From: Escherichia phage vB_EcoS_AVIO78A
Reading direction: 5' to 3' (one strand)
DNA length: 57,811 nucleotides
Sequence record: MZ726797.1
The notes beneath the pieces were generated by a model, which saw nothing but the letters and a program-made list of their open reading frames with translations, had not been told where the DNA came from and made no database searches. The position numbers were made by a program, and so were the translations under genes. Positions 27,298 through 38,159 of this stretch are shown here, piece after piece. Position 1 is the stretch's first letter. Every line of letters starts with the position of its first letter.

Positions 27298-27593
27298 TTG
27301 ACTTCCTCTTGTGGAACGATAAGACAGACGGGGACGACCTGGACTGGGTTACACAAGGGGCGGCTGCACGTGGTATATCTGTTCCGGTTGTTGTACAGAA
27401 ACGTCCTGAATTGCGACCTGATGCTATCTTTTACTGGAATGCTTATTTGGACCTGATGGAAGCTGATTGGGTTGCTTGTGAGCGTTATGCACGGGTGTAT
27501 AACGTTGATGTACAATTCTTGTGGAAATTATTGATAGCATTGCGGTCTGCACGTGTTGCCGAGATGAAGAAAAATAAACATAAGCCCGGTTAA
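26875..27593 (+). CDS. tail assembly chaperone G-T fusion via -1 programmed frameshift at A_AAA_AAC (27288..27294)
   Basis: -1 frame is open from the slippery site through 27593 and has no ATG of its own (TTG only). Confidence 0.6.
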
Positions 27594-27607
27594 CGCCGGG
27601 CTTTTTC
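27584..27607 (+). terminator. hairpin plus T5 (possible attenuator before tape measure gene)
   Basis: GCCCGGTTAACGCCGGGC followed by TTTTT. Confidence 0.45.
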
Positions 27608-27664
27608 ATATATTATGGTTAACGTGTTAAACTGCGTACATGCTTCACGAAAAGGTTAACCAAC

Positions 27665-30580
27665 ATGGCACAATATCCTATTGATATTAAGATTGATACC
27701 GGTTCGGCTGACCGCAATCTTAATAATCTTAACAGTCAGTTAGATCAGACTGAAAAATCAACCATAGCTGCTGCACAGGCTGCTAATCAGTTATCTGTGG
27801 CTGAACAGCAGGTTGCAAAAGCAGCACAGCAACTGGCACAACAACAAGCTAATCAGGCTGCACGTACTATAGCAACTGCTCGCGCTACTCGTGAAGCGGC
27901 AACAGCACAACTACAGCTTGAAAAATCACTTTCTGCATCTACTGATAACTTTCATGTTATTGCACGTTTACAGGCGCAAGTTAAACAAGCTACTGAGGCT
28001 GAAACAAAAGCTACAGAGCAATTGAAAAACAGTCTTAAACAACTTGTACCTGAACAGAAAAAAGTCATAGAAAATACTAAGCAGGTAGAAACCAGCACTA
28101 ACAAAACAACAGGCGCTCTTGAAACACTTGTCACTGGTGCAAAAGCATTTGTTGGTTTACAGATTGCAGGGTCACTTTACGACTGGGGTAAAGCGTTTGT
28201 AGATACTGCAACGAAAGTTGAACTGCTACAGAGTCGCATTAATCTGTACACATCAACGTCGGTTGAATCACAACAGATTTTTGCGCAATTAGTACAACAG
28301 GCTAACCGTGCTGGTACAGATATTGACGCTGTGGCAAACAGTTTTCAGCGTTTTGCCGCTGCTGGTAAAGATGCCGGGATTAGTAATCAGGTTATTTTAC
28401 AGTTTACCGACAACCTGCAAAAAATGGCCCGTGTATCTGGCGCATCCAGTGCTGAAGCATCTGCGGCTATTTATCAATTATCACAGGCGTTTGCATCTGG
28501 TCGTTTGCAGGGGGATGAATTCCGATCTGTGTCAGAACAGTTACCAACTGTTCTTCAGGTGCTGGCTAAACAAATGGGTGTCACCACGGGGGAACTTAAA
28601 CAGTTAGGTTCTGATGGTGAAATTACCCGTGATAAACTGTTGTTGTTAAACAACGCGACTGATGAAATCAGCGCACAGTTCGATAAACTTCCTCGTTCTG
28701 TAGATCAATCTGCTACTGCGTTACGTAACAATCTGTCCGTGGCTATCGCTGAACTCGATCAGCAGATTGGCGCATCTAAATTCCTGGCTAAATTCCTGGA
28801 CCTGTTAGCAGGTGGTGTATCGGGTACAACAGAGTTAATAAAAGCCGCTGCAGGTGCTGACAAACTGGCACAAGCCACTAACAATCTGAACAGTGTTACC
28901 GCAAAACGTGAAGCCAATCTGAAAGAAATTGCAGATCTGGAAGCACAAATTCAGCGTGGGTATACAACACAGTCAATTGGTGGGTATACAAAATTTGTTG
29001 GTGACACCAGTGCTGCACAGAAGAAATTAAACGAACTTAAAAAACTTGATGTTCAGTTAACAAAACAACAAGCAGAAGCACAACGAGGGGTTGTTCAGGC
29101 TACTCCGTTGGGTAAGGGTGTTGCTGAAAATCTTGCAAATCAGGCAAGCACTTTACAGGCGAGTATTACGGCTGCTCAGGCTGCCGGACGTCCTGACGCC
29201 GAATCTGCAAAACAGATTAAAAATCTGAAAGAACAGATCACTTACACCCAGGCGCTTGCTGACGGTAATTATGAACTGGCAGCAAGTCAGAAACTGGGTA
29301 ATAAAGCAACGAAGGAACAGATTGCAGACTATGCTGCGTTGTTGAAACAACAGGCAGAATATAAAGAAAATCAAAAGAACCAGAAGAAATCAGCGAGTGC
29401 TGAAGCGTCTGCGGCTAAACGTGCACAGAAAGAACTGGAACGTAATCAGGCTGCTAACCAGAAATACCTGAAAACACTTCAGGATAAAATCAATGCTGGT
29501 AATTATGATGTTCAGTTAGCACGCGAACAGGTTCAGATTGCTTTAACACAGGGGTCGTCTGTTGAACAACTTACAGCAACATATCAGAAAGAATATCAGG
29601 TACGTCAACAGTTAACGCTGGCTTCACAACAAGCAGAAGCACAGTCACGACTGAATAAAGACGCGACTGATGCTGAACGTGCCGCTGTTGATGCGCATGT
29701 AGCGGCATTGCAACGACAACAGCAGGCGCAACAGTTAGCTGGTCAGGTTTCACAGGTACAAACCGATGTACAGGGTGAGTTGAACCCGTACCAATCACAG
29801 GTTGATCAGGTTAATCAGCAGGAAGCACAACGCCTTACTGTCATACAACAAGCCCGTGAACAAGATTTAATCAACGAGCAACAATACCAGGACATGAAAA
29901 CGCAGATTCAACAGGCCGGGGAACAAGCCCGTACGAATCTTGCAAATGCTAACTACAGCTTGTTGCTACAATCCAGTGCTGATTTTTTGGGTCAAATGGC
30001 TGCTGGTCTGGCACAATCTAAAGGTGAGCAATCAAACGCGTATAAAGCGATGTTTGCACTGTCTAAAGCCTTTAGTATCGCACAGGCGAGTATTAACCTG
30101 TGGACAGCCGTTAGTCAGGCTATGGCGTTGCCGTTCCCGGCGAATATTCCATTCATTGCACAGGCTTTATCATACGGAACAAGCGTGTTGGGTAATATTC
30201 AGTCTGTGGCTGCAACAGGTTTTGCAACGGGTGGTTATGTTAAAGGGCCGGGTACAGGTCAGAGTGACAGTATAAACGCACGTTTGAGTAATGGTGAGTT
30301 TGTCAGTACCAAACAGGCTACCAGTCGTTATCGTAGCACTCTGGAAGCAATGAATCGTGGCACATATACACCAGGATCTGAAGGTGGTTCGTCACCTAAT
30401 ATTCAGGTTCATAATTACGGTGGTGAACGTGTTCAGGTGAAACAAGGATTAACACGAGATGACGTAGTGCTTATCATAGGTGAAGAATTCCCACGACAAT
30501 CAGCGGCACAATGGAATGACCCGTACAGTCAGACGAATAAAGCGTTCAGGTCTAACTATGATGCGAACAGGAAAATATAA
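27665..30580 (+). CDS. tail tape measure protein
   Basis: 971 aa; Ala/Gln-rich coiled-coil composition; position. Confidence 0.85.
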   Translation: MAQYPIDIKIDTGSADRNLNNLNSQLDQTEKSTIAAAQAANQLSVAEQQVAKAAQQLAQQQANQAARTIATARATREAATAQLQLEKSLSASTDNFHVIARLQAQVKQATEAETKATEQLKNSLKQLVPEQKKVIENTKQVETSTNKTTGALETLVTGAKAFVGLQIAGSLYDWGKAFVDTATKVELLQSRINLYTSTSVESQQIFAQLVQQANRAGTDIDAVANSFQRFAAAGKDAGISNQVILQFTDNLQKMARVSGASSAEASAAIYQLSQAFASGRLQGDEFRSVSEQLPTVLQVLAKQMGVTTGELKQLGSDGEITRDKLLLLNNATDEISAQFDKLPRSVDQSATALRNNLSVAIAELDQQIGASKFLAKFLDLLAGGVSGTTELIKAAAGADKLAQATNNLNSVTAKREANLKEIADLEAQIQRGYTTQSIGGYTKFVGDTSAAQKKLNELKKLDVQLTKQQAEAQRGVVQATPLGKGVAENLANQASTLQASITAAQAAGRPDAESAKQIKNLKEQITYTQALADGNYELAASQKLGNKATKEQIADYAALLKQQAEYKENQKNQKKSASAEASAAKRAQKELERNQAANQKYLKTLQDKINAGNYDVQLAREQVQIALTQGSSVEQLTATYQKEYQVRQQLTLASQQAEAQSRLNKDATDAERAAVDAHVAALQRQQQAQQLAGQVSQVQTDVQGELNPYQSQVDQVNQQEAQRLTVIQQAREQDLINEQQYQDMKTQIQQAGEQARTNLANANYSLLLQSSADFLGQMAAGLAQSKGEQSNAYKAMFALSKAFSIAQASINLWTAVSQAMALPFPANIPFIAQALSYGTSVLGNIQSVAATGFATGGYVKGPGTGQSDSINARLSNGEFVSTKQATSRYRSTLEAMNRGTYTPGSEGGSSPNIQVHNYGGERVQVKQGLTRDDVVLIIGEEFPRQSAAQWNDPYSQTNKAFRSNYDANRKI

Positions 30581-31083
30581 TGAGCAATACAGATGATTTA
30601 CCACGACTTGAGTACGGCGCGAAAATGGTGTTACCTGAGCGTGATAATTACAGTTATAACCCACCGTGGGGTGTAACTAAATCTGATATTTCCGGGACGC
30701 TATCACGGTTAGGTCGTAGCGCCTTTGGTGGTCCTGCTCAGGTATCGTGTACAATTCAGTTATATAGTCCTGCGATGCTTCAGTGGTGGGACGATTTTTA
30801 TAATCTGGAAATCGCTGAAGGTAGTAAGCGGTTTGTGATGCAACTGTTTGTGAACGGTTTGATTCAGGAACACGTTGTTCAGATTGTCAGTAACCCGTCA
30901 TCCTCTGTTGTAGGATGGAAAGGATCTGTCGATCTACAGTTGCAAGCTGTTCCTGTAATCGACCGTTGCGCAATGGCATCACGATTGTTAATCACTAAAT
31001 GCCAGGGTGATTACGCTGCTTGTTACCTTAAAGAAATTATTGATACTGGCCTACTCTTAAATAACGCGTGGACACCAGAATGA
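30580..31083 (+). CDS. minor tail protein (M-like / distal tail)
   Basis: position after tape measure. Confidence 0.45.
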   Translation: MSNTDDLPRLEYGAKMVLPERDNYSYNPPWGVTKSDISGTLSRLGRSAFGGPAQVSCTIQLYSPAMLQWWDDFYNLEIAEGSKRFVMQLFVNGLIQEHVVQIVSNPSSSVVGWKGSVDLQLQAVPVIDRCAMASRLLITKCQGDYAACYLKEIIDTGLLLNNAWTPE

Positions 31084-31586
31084 AAGACGAACTGCGTGAA
31101 TTATTAACGGTCGCAACAACTGGTAAAGGTGTTGTTGACGGTGTGAAACTGAATCATAGTTCATGGCCTAATCCGCTATACATCACCAGTGTTTATCCGG
31201 GATTTATCGCTGTACATGAAGACGGTAAGGAATATGAGTACGAATACGTTCCGATGTCCGTCAAGAAGGCGAATAAACAAAACGATTTATCACAGGATTA
31301 TTCATTCACCATTCAGGATCTGAATGAAGTTGTCGGTGTATATCTGGATTTAATTCCGCTTGACAGTAATGAAAAACCATCTGTTGAATTGCGAACGTTT
31401 GTTTACCGTGAAGATGGTTCCATATCTGATATTCAGGATGGACCATATCTTCTGGAATCTGGCGATATTACTACTGAACCACAGGGTTGTACGTTTACAG
31501 CGTCACCACCTATTACAAACTTTGCCGGGACAGGTGAATTATATACGTTTGAACGTTTTCCTACACTGCTGGCGTACGCAACATGA
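31068..31586 (+). CDS. minor tail protein (L-like)
   Basis: position. Confidence 0.4.
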   Translation: MDTRMKDELRELLTVATTGKGVVDGVKLNHSSWPNPLYITSVYPGFIAVHEDGKEYEYEYVPMSVKKANKQNDLSQDYSFTIQDLNEVVGVYLDLIPLDSNEKPSVELRTFVYREDGSISDIQDGPYLLESGDITTEPQGCTFTASPPITNFAGTGELYTFERFPTLLAYAT

Positions 31587-31942
31587 TCGGCGATCGCTAC
31601 GATATTGACAAATGGAATTGTACACACGAGGTTAGTCAGTGGTATCAGATCAACAACTACCCACACGTATTGAAAACTGTTTCAGGTGATGAATGGGATA
31701 TTGCGTTTGTCAGATGGATGCGAAAACGTTTTTTACCAATTACCACACCGGAACAAGGTGCACTCGTACTGATGAAAAACAGATATTCAGGCGGTTTTCA
31801 TGTTGGCGTGTGGGATTGTGGAATGGTTCATCATTGTTATCAACCACCGGGTGATTCACCAGGACAGACAATCAGATCACCTTTAAGTATAATCAAGACA
31901 GCACATAAAGAAATCACGTTCTGGAGAATGAAAAGTGTCTAA
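31583..31942 (+). CDS. tail assembly protein (K-like, possible NlpC/P60-type Cys/His peptidase fold)
   Basis: position; conserved Cys and His residues. Confidence 0.35.
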   Translation: MIGDRYDIDKWNCTHEVSQWYQINNYPHVLKTVSGDEWDIAFVRWMRKRFLPITTPEQGALVLMKNRYSGGFHVGVWDCGMVHHCYQPPGDSPGQTIRSPLSIIKTAHKEITFWRMKSV

Positions 31943-34463
31943 AGTCATTTATCACACTAACCCTGTTGAACACGCTGATAACGTTGACTTTGGTGAATGG
32001 ATGCTGAAACGCTGGCCCGTGGGTACAGTTCGTCCGCGTGGGTTACTGATTTATAAAAATGATGAGAACATCACCCAAAAGTGGGTTACTGACCCCAGCG
32101 TGTTAACTGATCCTGACGCTATTTATCATATTTATGAACTACCAAAAGGTGGAGTGGTTAGTGCAATAACGAAAGTTATTAGCACAATTTTAAACCCCAT
32201 TTTAAAATTGTTCATGCCGAATACCAGTGCGTCGGCTAATCTTAAAAACTCACGTTCAGCATCGTCTAACAACGCGCTTCAGGGGCGTACTAATGCTTCA
32301 CGACCGGGTGAACGTATTTCTGATATCCGTGGTCGTGTACTGGCATATCCTGACCTGTTAATGGACTACCGAATCTTCATTGACCGAACAGAATATGAAG
32401 TTCAGTTTCTGTGTCTGGGCGCTGGTGAATACGAAGTCGAAGACGTTCGTGACGGTATTACACCTGCTTTAAATATCAGTGGTGAAAAATTAGACTTTTA
32501 TAAAAAAGGTAATGCGCCCGGTTATGGTTCGCCGTATATGAATATCGGTGGTGCAATTGATATCAACACTTTCCCGATCATGGTTACCAAGTCGTCGAAC
32601 GAAGCAGACGGGTCTGAAGTCAAGCCGCCAAACTATGCTGATATTAATAAAGCAAGTTTTAAAATTTACAGCACAGGTGAAATTGATACTACGATTTCTA
32701 GTGATGATAACACTACGATTGATTGGTCTGAACGTGCACCAATCGGTAGTAAAATACGTTTATCGCAATTTTACAGTTTTACACCTAACACGTTACCGTT
32801 AAACACGTATGTACGTAATGACCTGTCCGGTGAATATGATGTTATTTATGCAGGTGAGAATACGTTAATCATTGATACTACTGGTCGTGAAGGTTGGGAT
32901 GCTCTGTCTGAAAGTGGTCAGGCTGCATATACACAGGCTTATTTGCGAAACGATGGTTACTGGGAACTTGAAACCACTGAAGGAAGTGGAAGTATTTTAT
33001 ACAAGTTTTCACCGTCTCTTGACAGTACCACGCCGTATATTGTCGGACCTTATCTGATCGACAGTGCTGATAAGTTGATGATTAACCTTTATGCACAGAA
33101 TGGCGTGTATAAAACGGATGGTGATATTTATCCGTTTACATGTGACTTCCAGGTAATCTTGTCAGACCCGAACGGTGTGAAAGCAAATGTTACACACTCT
33201 ATGTCTGTCCGCGGTCGTTATACAGAAGCAGTAGGTAATTCATTAATCGTGGACAACCCTTTTGATGGTCCTGTTAACGTGTCTGTAAGACGACTATCAA
33301 ATACAGACAAAGATTTCGAAGGGTCTGTTGTTGACAACATCAAGTGGCGCGATTTATACGCTATTACAAATGTTTCTCCGCGTTCCTATGGTGATGTGAC
33401 ATTGATCCATACAGTGACGAAAGCAACAAACGCTGCACTGAAACAAAAAGAACGTAAATTAAACATGATTGCAACCCGTGTGTACAACGGTGTTGCAAGT
33501 AGTAATTTTGCAGACGTTGTAATGTCAATGCACACAGATCCTTTATTTGGTCGTCGAACATTAGATACCATTGATCGCGATGCTTTATATGCTGTTCAGG
33601 AACAACTTCTTGAATATTTTGGTGACCATCGAGCAATTGAAGTTGGCTATACGTTTGATAATAACAGTACGACGTACGAAGAAGGATTGGACACTATCTG
33701 TAACACGGTAAATGTTAAACCGTATCAGATCGGTAGTGTATTGTATTTTTGGCCTGAATTACCGCAAGACCAGTCCGCAATGCAGTTTGGTCATGCGTTT
33801 AAGATTCCTGACAGTGATAAACGCACACGTTCTTTCGCACCGCCTAAAGAATACACTGGTGTTCAGGTTAAATACTTCGACCGCGATGAAAAATCATATT
33901 TGTATGTAACCAAAGGTGAAGAAACAAACCTTAATAAGATAGATCTTGTTGCGTGTCAGTCGCGATATCTTGCAAACATTCGCGCTAATCGTGAGATGAA
34001 TAAGTTACGTTATCAACGTATCACCCATGAGTGTACAGCGCTTAGTATCGGGTTACAGGCTACCCCAGGTATGCGTGTGGATATGATTGATAATACCCGT
34101 ATGAAACAGCACGAAGGCGTTGTAGTTGATGTTGACGGTTTAACGCTTATTCTTAGTGATCCTGTTACGTTCACCACGGGTAATACATACAGTATAACGT
34201 TAACCCACCGACTGGGAACACTTGAAAATATTCCTGTAACTGCCGGGGATGATGAATTTTCAGTGGTAATGGCTTATCAACCGTCTGAAGAAATTTACAC
34301 GGGGTGGTTACGTGACCGTACAGCCTATATAATCCGTGCGGATAACGAACGTAGCAAATTAGCGATGCTTGTTCAGAGTATGGAACCGTCAGGAAGGGAT
34401 AACAATTATCAGGTAGGTTTAACGTGCATCAATTACGATGCACGTTATTATCAGGATGATTAA
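31935..34463 (+). CDS. tail tip / host specificity protein (J-like)
   Basis: 842 aa at end of tail block. Confidence 0.55.
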   Translation: MSKVIYHTNPVEHADNVDFGEWMLKRWPVGTVRPRGLLIYKNDENITQKWVTDPSVLTDPDAIYHIYELPKGGVVSAITKVISTILNPILKLFMPNTSASANLKNSRSASSNNALQGRTNASRPGERISDIRGRVLAYPDLLMDYRIFIDRTEYEVQFLCLGAGEYEVEDVRDGITPALNISGEKLDFYKKGNAPGYGSPYMNIGGAIDINTFPIMVTKSSNEADGSEVKPPNYADINKASFKIYSTGEIDTTISSDDNTTIDWSERAPIGSKIRLSQFYSFTPNTLPLNTYVRNDLSGEYDVIYAGENTLIIDTTGREGWDALSESGQAAYTQAYLRNDGYWELETTEGSGSILYKFSPSLDSTTPYIVGPYLIDSADKLMINLYAQNGVYKTDGDIYPFTCDFQVILSDPNGVKANVTHSMSVRGRYTEAVGNSLIVDNPFDGPVNVSVRRLSNTDKDFEGSVVDNIKWRDLYAITNVSPRSYGDVTLIHTVTKATNAALKQKERKLNMIATRVYNGVASSNFADVVMSMHTDPLFGRRTLDTIDRDALYAVQEQLLEYFGDHRAIEVGYTFDNNSTTYEEGLDTICNTVNVKPYQIGSVLYFWPELPQDQSAMQFGHAFKIPDSDKRTRSFAPPKEYTGVQVKYFDRDEKSYLYVTKGEETNLNKIDLVACQSRYLANIRANREMNKLRYQRITHECTALSIGLQATPGMRVDMIDNTRMKQHEGVVVDVDGLTLILSDPVTFTTGNTYSITLTHRLGTLENIPVTAGDDEFSVVMAYQPSEEIYTGWLRDRTAYIIRADNERSKLAMLVQSMEPSGRDNNYQVGLTCINYDARYYQDD

Positions 34464-36499
34464 ATCAATCCGTAAACGACATTGTGTATCGTGACGTCGC
34501 CAACAACAGAGGAAACATTAAAATTAATTTCAGCTTTGTAAGCTCCTGGTGGAACGCAATCCACCAAAGCATAAAAATTGAATGTGCCCCCTACTGGGAT
34601 GTTATACCCTATGGAATTTGCGACAGCATTTCCAGCCTGGTCCAGAAATCTAATTGTCGCTAGGGTTGTTGTTGCATTTTTAGCCCAAAAACCAAACTGG
34701 AAATATCTACCAGGCTCACAATCAATAACTGATTGAGTGAAGTTAGCTGAAGCATCTGCGGAGGGAACATTAATAATTATTGATGTTGAGAACATCATGT
34801 CATTAGGTACGTCATTGTTATATGATGCCGTAACAACACCTGTACCAGTTTGCGAGAGTGTCCAGTTAGATATGTTAAAAAACTGTCCTGAGCCATTACT
34901 AATACTATTAATATAAGGGCTTACAATGCACCCTAAATTCCAGTTACTTGTGATAAATCCTGCCCGTGGATAGCACCCTCTGGACATTACTTTTTTGCTC
35001 GCGCCACCTATCAACTGCCTGGTAGGGAATCCAGTGGCAATAGTAGTGTTCCCGTACAAAGGCAGGGAGCAATTGCTAAGAATAACCACGCCGTCATCGT
35101 TACTTACCACAGGAACAGAACTAAATCCGACAGGCAGTAATACTGTTGAGTCTTTGATGCTTAATCTTGAACTTCCTGCAACGGTAAAGCCAACAAAACT
35201 CTGACCAGGTTGATATTCTATATTTCCGTTGGAAAAAACAACCGTAGCACTATCTGATAATGCTATAGCAGGGTCGAAATAATCTGCTTTCTTACCAGCA
35301 GGAAGTGAGCAGCTATCGAATATAAATTGACCATTAACAAACGTGAAAGGTCCGCCGTTGTCAACCATCCAGCAGTGATTAAATTTTATAACCTCACCTG
35401 AATTCGCTGGTGAATTGAAAATAGCAGAATTTGTAAAACTTCTGGACAACGTACATTTATCAAAAAGGATACGATATGCATTATCAAGAAACTCAATTCC
35501 GGCAGTTGAGATAAACCCACTATTAGAGATTCTTAACTCTGATACTTCACCACTAGTAGAACCACCGATAGCCAATTTCCTGGTCCCTTTTCCAACAAAT
35601 GACACACCACTCATCAAAGCATTTGCGTTAACTGCATCTCTGTTAGTGTAATCCGCGCCTGTATTAATAATGGTTAGGTAGTAGTCACCCGTTACGGAAG
35701 CAGATTCTGTTAAAGTGCATTTATTTTTTCCAATAAGTGCGCCTTTTGCTATGTCTAAAACAATCGGTGTTGTTATCTCACCAGAAACAGGGACTACACA
35801 GTCAAATCCGGCAGAATTTATTTTGTTGATGAATACCGCCAAATCTTCGGTCCCAGTATAGCCAGCATCATACACATCCACGGTGCCATTGAAGAATTTT
35901 CTTTTCCATACCACCCCACTTCCTGAGAAGGTAACAATATTGTCTATAGTGGTATCCTCGCTAACAGCTACCATAATACCACCGCCAAGATTAAACCCGC
36001 TCACATACGAGTCAAGAATTATGGAATCGCCGATTGATCCTGATATTGATGATAACTCAGAAACTGATGATACAGTCCCTATATAAGACAAACCATTTGA
36101 TTTGTTTAAATCAGAACGTAACATTAAATCCGTCTGATTAACCCAGTGTGTAGCATCAATACCACCCGTAGTTGCAGGTGTTGAACCAGGTGGAACAATT
36201 TTAGGCAATGCACCCATCCACTGATAATAATTACCCTCTGATTCATATAATAGAGTTTCCCAACGATGATTTATCGTACCACCTGCTTCAAAAGAACCAT
36301 CAGCAGGTTTAAAACCAACCGAACTAAAAAAACCATCAAGCGTCGGATTAGTAACTGATTCGCCACGGATTGTATCTGTCACTTCCAGTGCAGGATTACC
36401 AGCAGCATCACGACTTTTCGCAACGTGTTCAATATGTAAAATCGCTTGTTTGCCTGTTTTCAAATCATCAGCACTGATATAATCGTTACAGTTAGCCAT
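34460..36499 (-). CDS. tail fibre / tailspike-like receptor-binding protein, reverse-oriented; composition suggests beta-helix (possible depolymerase)
   Basis: ORF 34460..36526 (TTG) trimmed to ATG 36499 with GGAGA RBS; 679 aa Gly/Ser/Asn/Thr-rich. Confidence 0.5.
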   Translation of the reverse strand: MANCNDYISADDLKTGKQAILHIEHVAKSRDAAGNPALEVTDTIRGESVTNPTLDGFFSSVGFKPADGSFEAGGTINHRWETLLYESEGNYYQWMGALPKIVPPGSTPATTGGIDATHWVNQTDLMLRSDLNKSNGLSYIGTVSSVSELSSISGSIGDSIILDSYVSGFNLGGGIMVAVSEDTTIDNIVTFSGSGVVWKRKFFNGTVDVYDAGYTGTEDLAVFINKINSAGFDCVVPVSGEITTPIVLDIAKGALIGKNKCTLTESASVTGDYYLTIINTGADYTNRDAVNANALMSGVSFVGKGTRKLAIGGSTSGEVSELRISNSGFISTAGIEFLDNAYRILFDKCTLSRSFTNSAIFNSPANSGEVIKFNHCWMVDNGGPFTFVNGQFIFDSCSLPAGKKADYFDPAIALSDSATVVFSNGNIEYQPGQSFVGFTVAGSSRLSIKDSTVLLPVGFSSVPVVSNDDGVVILSNCSLPLYGNTTIATGFPTRQLIGGASKKVMSRGCYPRAGFITSNWNLGCIVSPYINSISNGSGQFFNISNWTLSQTGTGVVTASYNNDVPNDMMFSTSIIINVPSADASANFTQSVIDCEPGRYFQFGFWAKNATTTLATIRFLDQAGNAVANSIGYNIPVGGTFNFYALVDCVPPGAYKAEINFNVSSVVGDVTIHNVVYGLI

Positions 36500-36525
36500 C
36501 TTTAAGTCTCCAGGAGTGTAGAACA

Positions 36526-36849
36526 ATGTCTGATAACCCAGTGTTGAGGTATTGGCCTATAATAGCATTTGTTGCCACGGGGTTGGTAGGTTACGGGGTA
36601 ACTCAAAACCAAATCAATTCTAATGAAAAAGATATTGCAGATGCAAAAACCTATGCGCATGAGGCGCTCAATCTGGCAAAGCGAGTGGAATCCCGTGTGG
36701 ATGTTCATGATATCAAAATCGAATATCAGGCAACACAGAACGCTGAAATTCTCACCAGTGTTAAAGAGCTAACACAGTCAACAAATGACCTGAAAGTTGT
36801 TATTGAAGGTTTGAAAGCGGAACAACGTAAAACCGGGAGTAAGCAATGA
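36526..36849 (+). CDS. membrane-anchored coiled-coil protein at head of lysis cassette (possible holin/antiholin)
   Basis: N-terminal TM segment then coiled coil. Confidence 0.3.
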   Translation: MSDNPVLRYWPIIAFVATGLVGYGVTQNQINSNEKDIADAKTYAHEALNLAKRVESRVDVHDIKIEYQATQNAEILTSVKELTQSTNDLKVVIEGLKAEQRKTGSKQ

Positions 36850-37235
36850 GTAACTTTAAATTCAGCCAGAGAAGTGAAAATAATCTGAAAGGGGTTAACC
36901 CGGATCTTGTGAAAATCGTGCGTCGGGCACTTCAGTTGTCACCCGTTGATTTCGGTATCACAGAAGGTTTACGAACTGTTGAAAGACAACGACAACTGGT
37001 TGCGGCAGGTAAGAGTCAGACAATGAACAGTCGCCATATTTCGGGTCATGCTGTGGATGTATTTGCTTATCCTACATCTGCCGGGTCGTGGGAGTGGAAG
37101 TATTACGAACAAATTGCCACTGCATTTAAACAGGCTGCAAAAGAACTGAATATCCCTGTTGAATGGGGTGGTGACTGGAAAACACTGAAAGATGGTCCAC
37201 ACTTCCAGTTACCACATGCGAAATATCCCGCGTGA
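36846..37235 (+). CDS. endolysin (L-alanyl-D-glutamate peptidase, M15/VanY-like)
   Basis: SRHISGHAVDVFAYP-type metal-binding motif; size; adjacent holin and spanins. Confidence 0.7.
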   Translation: MSNFKFSQRSENNLKGVNPDLVKIVRRALQLSPVDFGITEGLRTVERQRQLVAAGKSQTMNSRHISGHAVDVFAYPTSAGSWEWKYYEQIATAFKQAAKELNIPVEWGGDWKTLKDGPHFQLPHAKYPA

Positions 37236-37245
37236 GATAACAATC

Positions 37246-37476
37246 ATGGATAAATTCAGCATATTACGTAACACAACCGGGGGGATCTCTTTAAGCCGCG
37301 CACAAGCGGCTTTAGGCTTCCTCGTGGTGACAGGTATTCTGATTTACCAGGCAGTAGACCGCACACTTGATGATACAGTGTTATTAACCTATTTCGGTTT
37401 CTGTATAGGTCAGTATGTTGGTGCTAAAAAAATCGCTGTAGATAAACAACGAGGTACACCAAATGACAACCCGTAG
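37246..37476 (+). CDS. holin-like small membrane protein
   Basis: ORF 37192..37476 trimmed to ATG 37246; two hydrophobic segments. Confidence 0.4.
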   Translation: MDKFSILRNTTGGISLSRAQAALGFLVVTGILIYQAVDRTLDDTVLLTYFGFCIGQYVGAKKIAVDKQRGTPNDNP

Positions 37477-37861
37477 TGTGTTAATCACCGTTGTTGCAAC
37501 TGTTCTGGTATTAGGTGCCGGTGCTTATACATGTTATCACGCTGGGTATAAAGCACGGGTAAACGAAGAACGTCAGGAACGTTTAGAGGATGCACAACGG
37601 GAACAACAAAGGTTAAAAGCACAACAGGAACTTGCGGATGATGTACTTCGTGGTTTAGCTGACTGGTCGCAGAATACTAAAATCGTGGAAATACGACATG
37701 AAAAGACTAATACTGTTTTTCGTAACGAGTGTCTTACTTCTGAATATCAACGCTTGTACAACGAACGAGTTACCGAAGCAGAAGCCCGTTTATCAGGCCG
37801 CATTAGTTCAGAAGTGTCAGACCGAAAACCTTCCACGGCTGAACGGTCTGACAGGAAGTGA
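37463..37861 (+). CDS. i-spanin (Rz-like)
   Basis: N-terminal TM, charged coiled-coil body, contains embedded o-spanin ORF. Confidence 0.6.
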   Translation: MTTRSVLITVVATVLVLGAGAYTCYHAGYKARVNEERQERLEDAQREQQRLKAQQELADDVLRGLADWSQNTKIVEIRHEKTNTVFRNECLTSEYQRLYNERVTEAEARLSGRISSEVSDRKPSTAERSDRK

Positions 37862-37946
37862 TTCAACAGATGTTAATGACCAGTGGTTAGATATTTATTT
37901 CAAATGTGCAACTATTCACAACGCATTAGTAGACAGTCTTCAGTAA
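37698..37946 (+). CDS. o-spanin (Rz1-like lipoprotein) embedded in and extending past i-spanin
   Basis: signal peptide with INAC lipobox, alternate frame within 37463..37861. Confidence 0.6.
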   Translation: MKRLILFFVTSVLLLNINACTTNELPKQKPVYQAALVQKCQTENLPRLNGLTGSDSTDVNDQWLDIYFKCATIHNALVDSLQ

Positions 37947-38159
37947 ATCTTCAACCGACACCTCAATCCACGATGCGGGAACCGGATATTCAGTCCGGTA
38001 CATGAACAAGGATGTTCCTATCAACCCGTGTGGATCTGTTTTAATCCCTCGCATGTTCAACAACGGAAAAAACTGTTCACGCGTTTGTGGTAATCGTGCA
38101 AAGCGTCCTGTCGGGCGTTTAGCAGGATCCATAGGGTTGAATTCAACGATTGTGGACAT
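37926..38159 (-). CDS. hypothetical protein
   Basis: ORF track. Confidence 0.4.
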   Translation of the reverse strand: MSTIVEFNPMDPAKRPTGRFARLPQTREQFFPLLNMRGIKTDPHGLIGTSLFMYRTEYPVPASWIEVSVEDLLKTVY

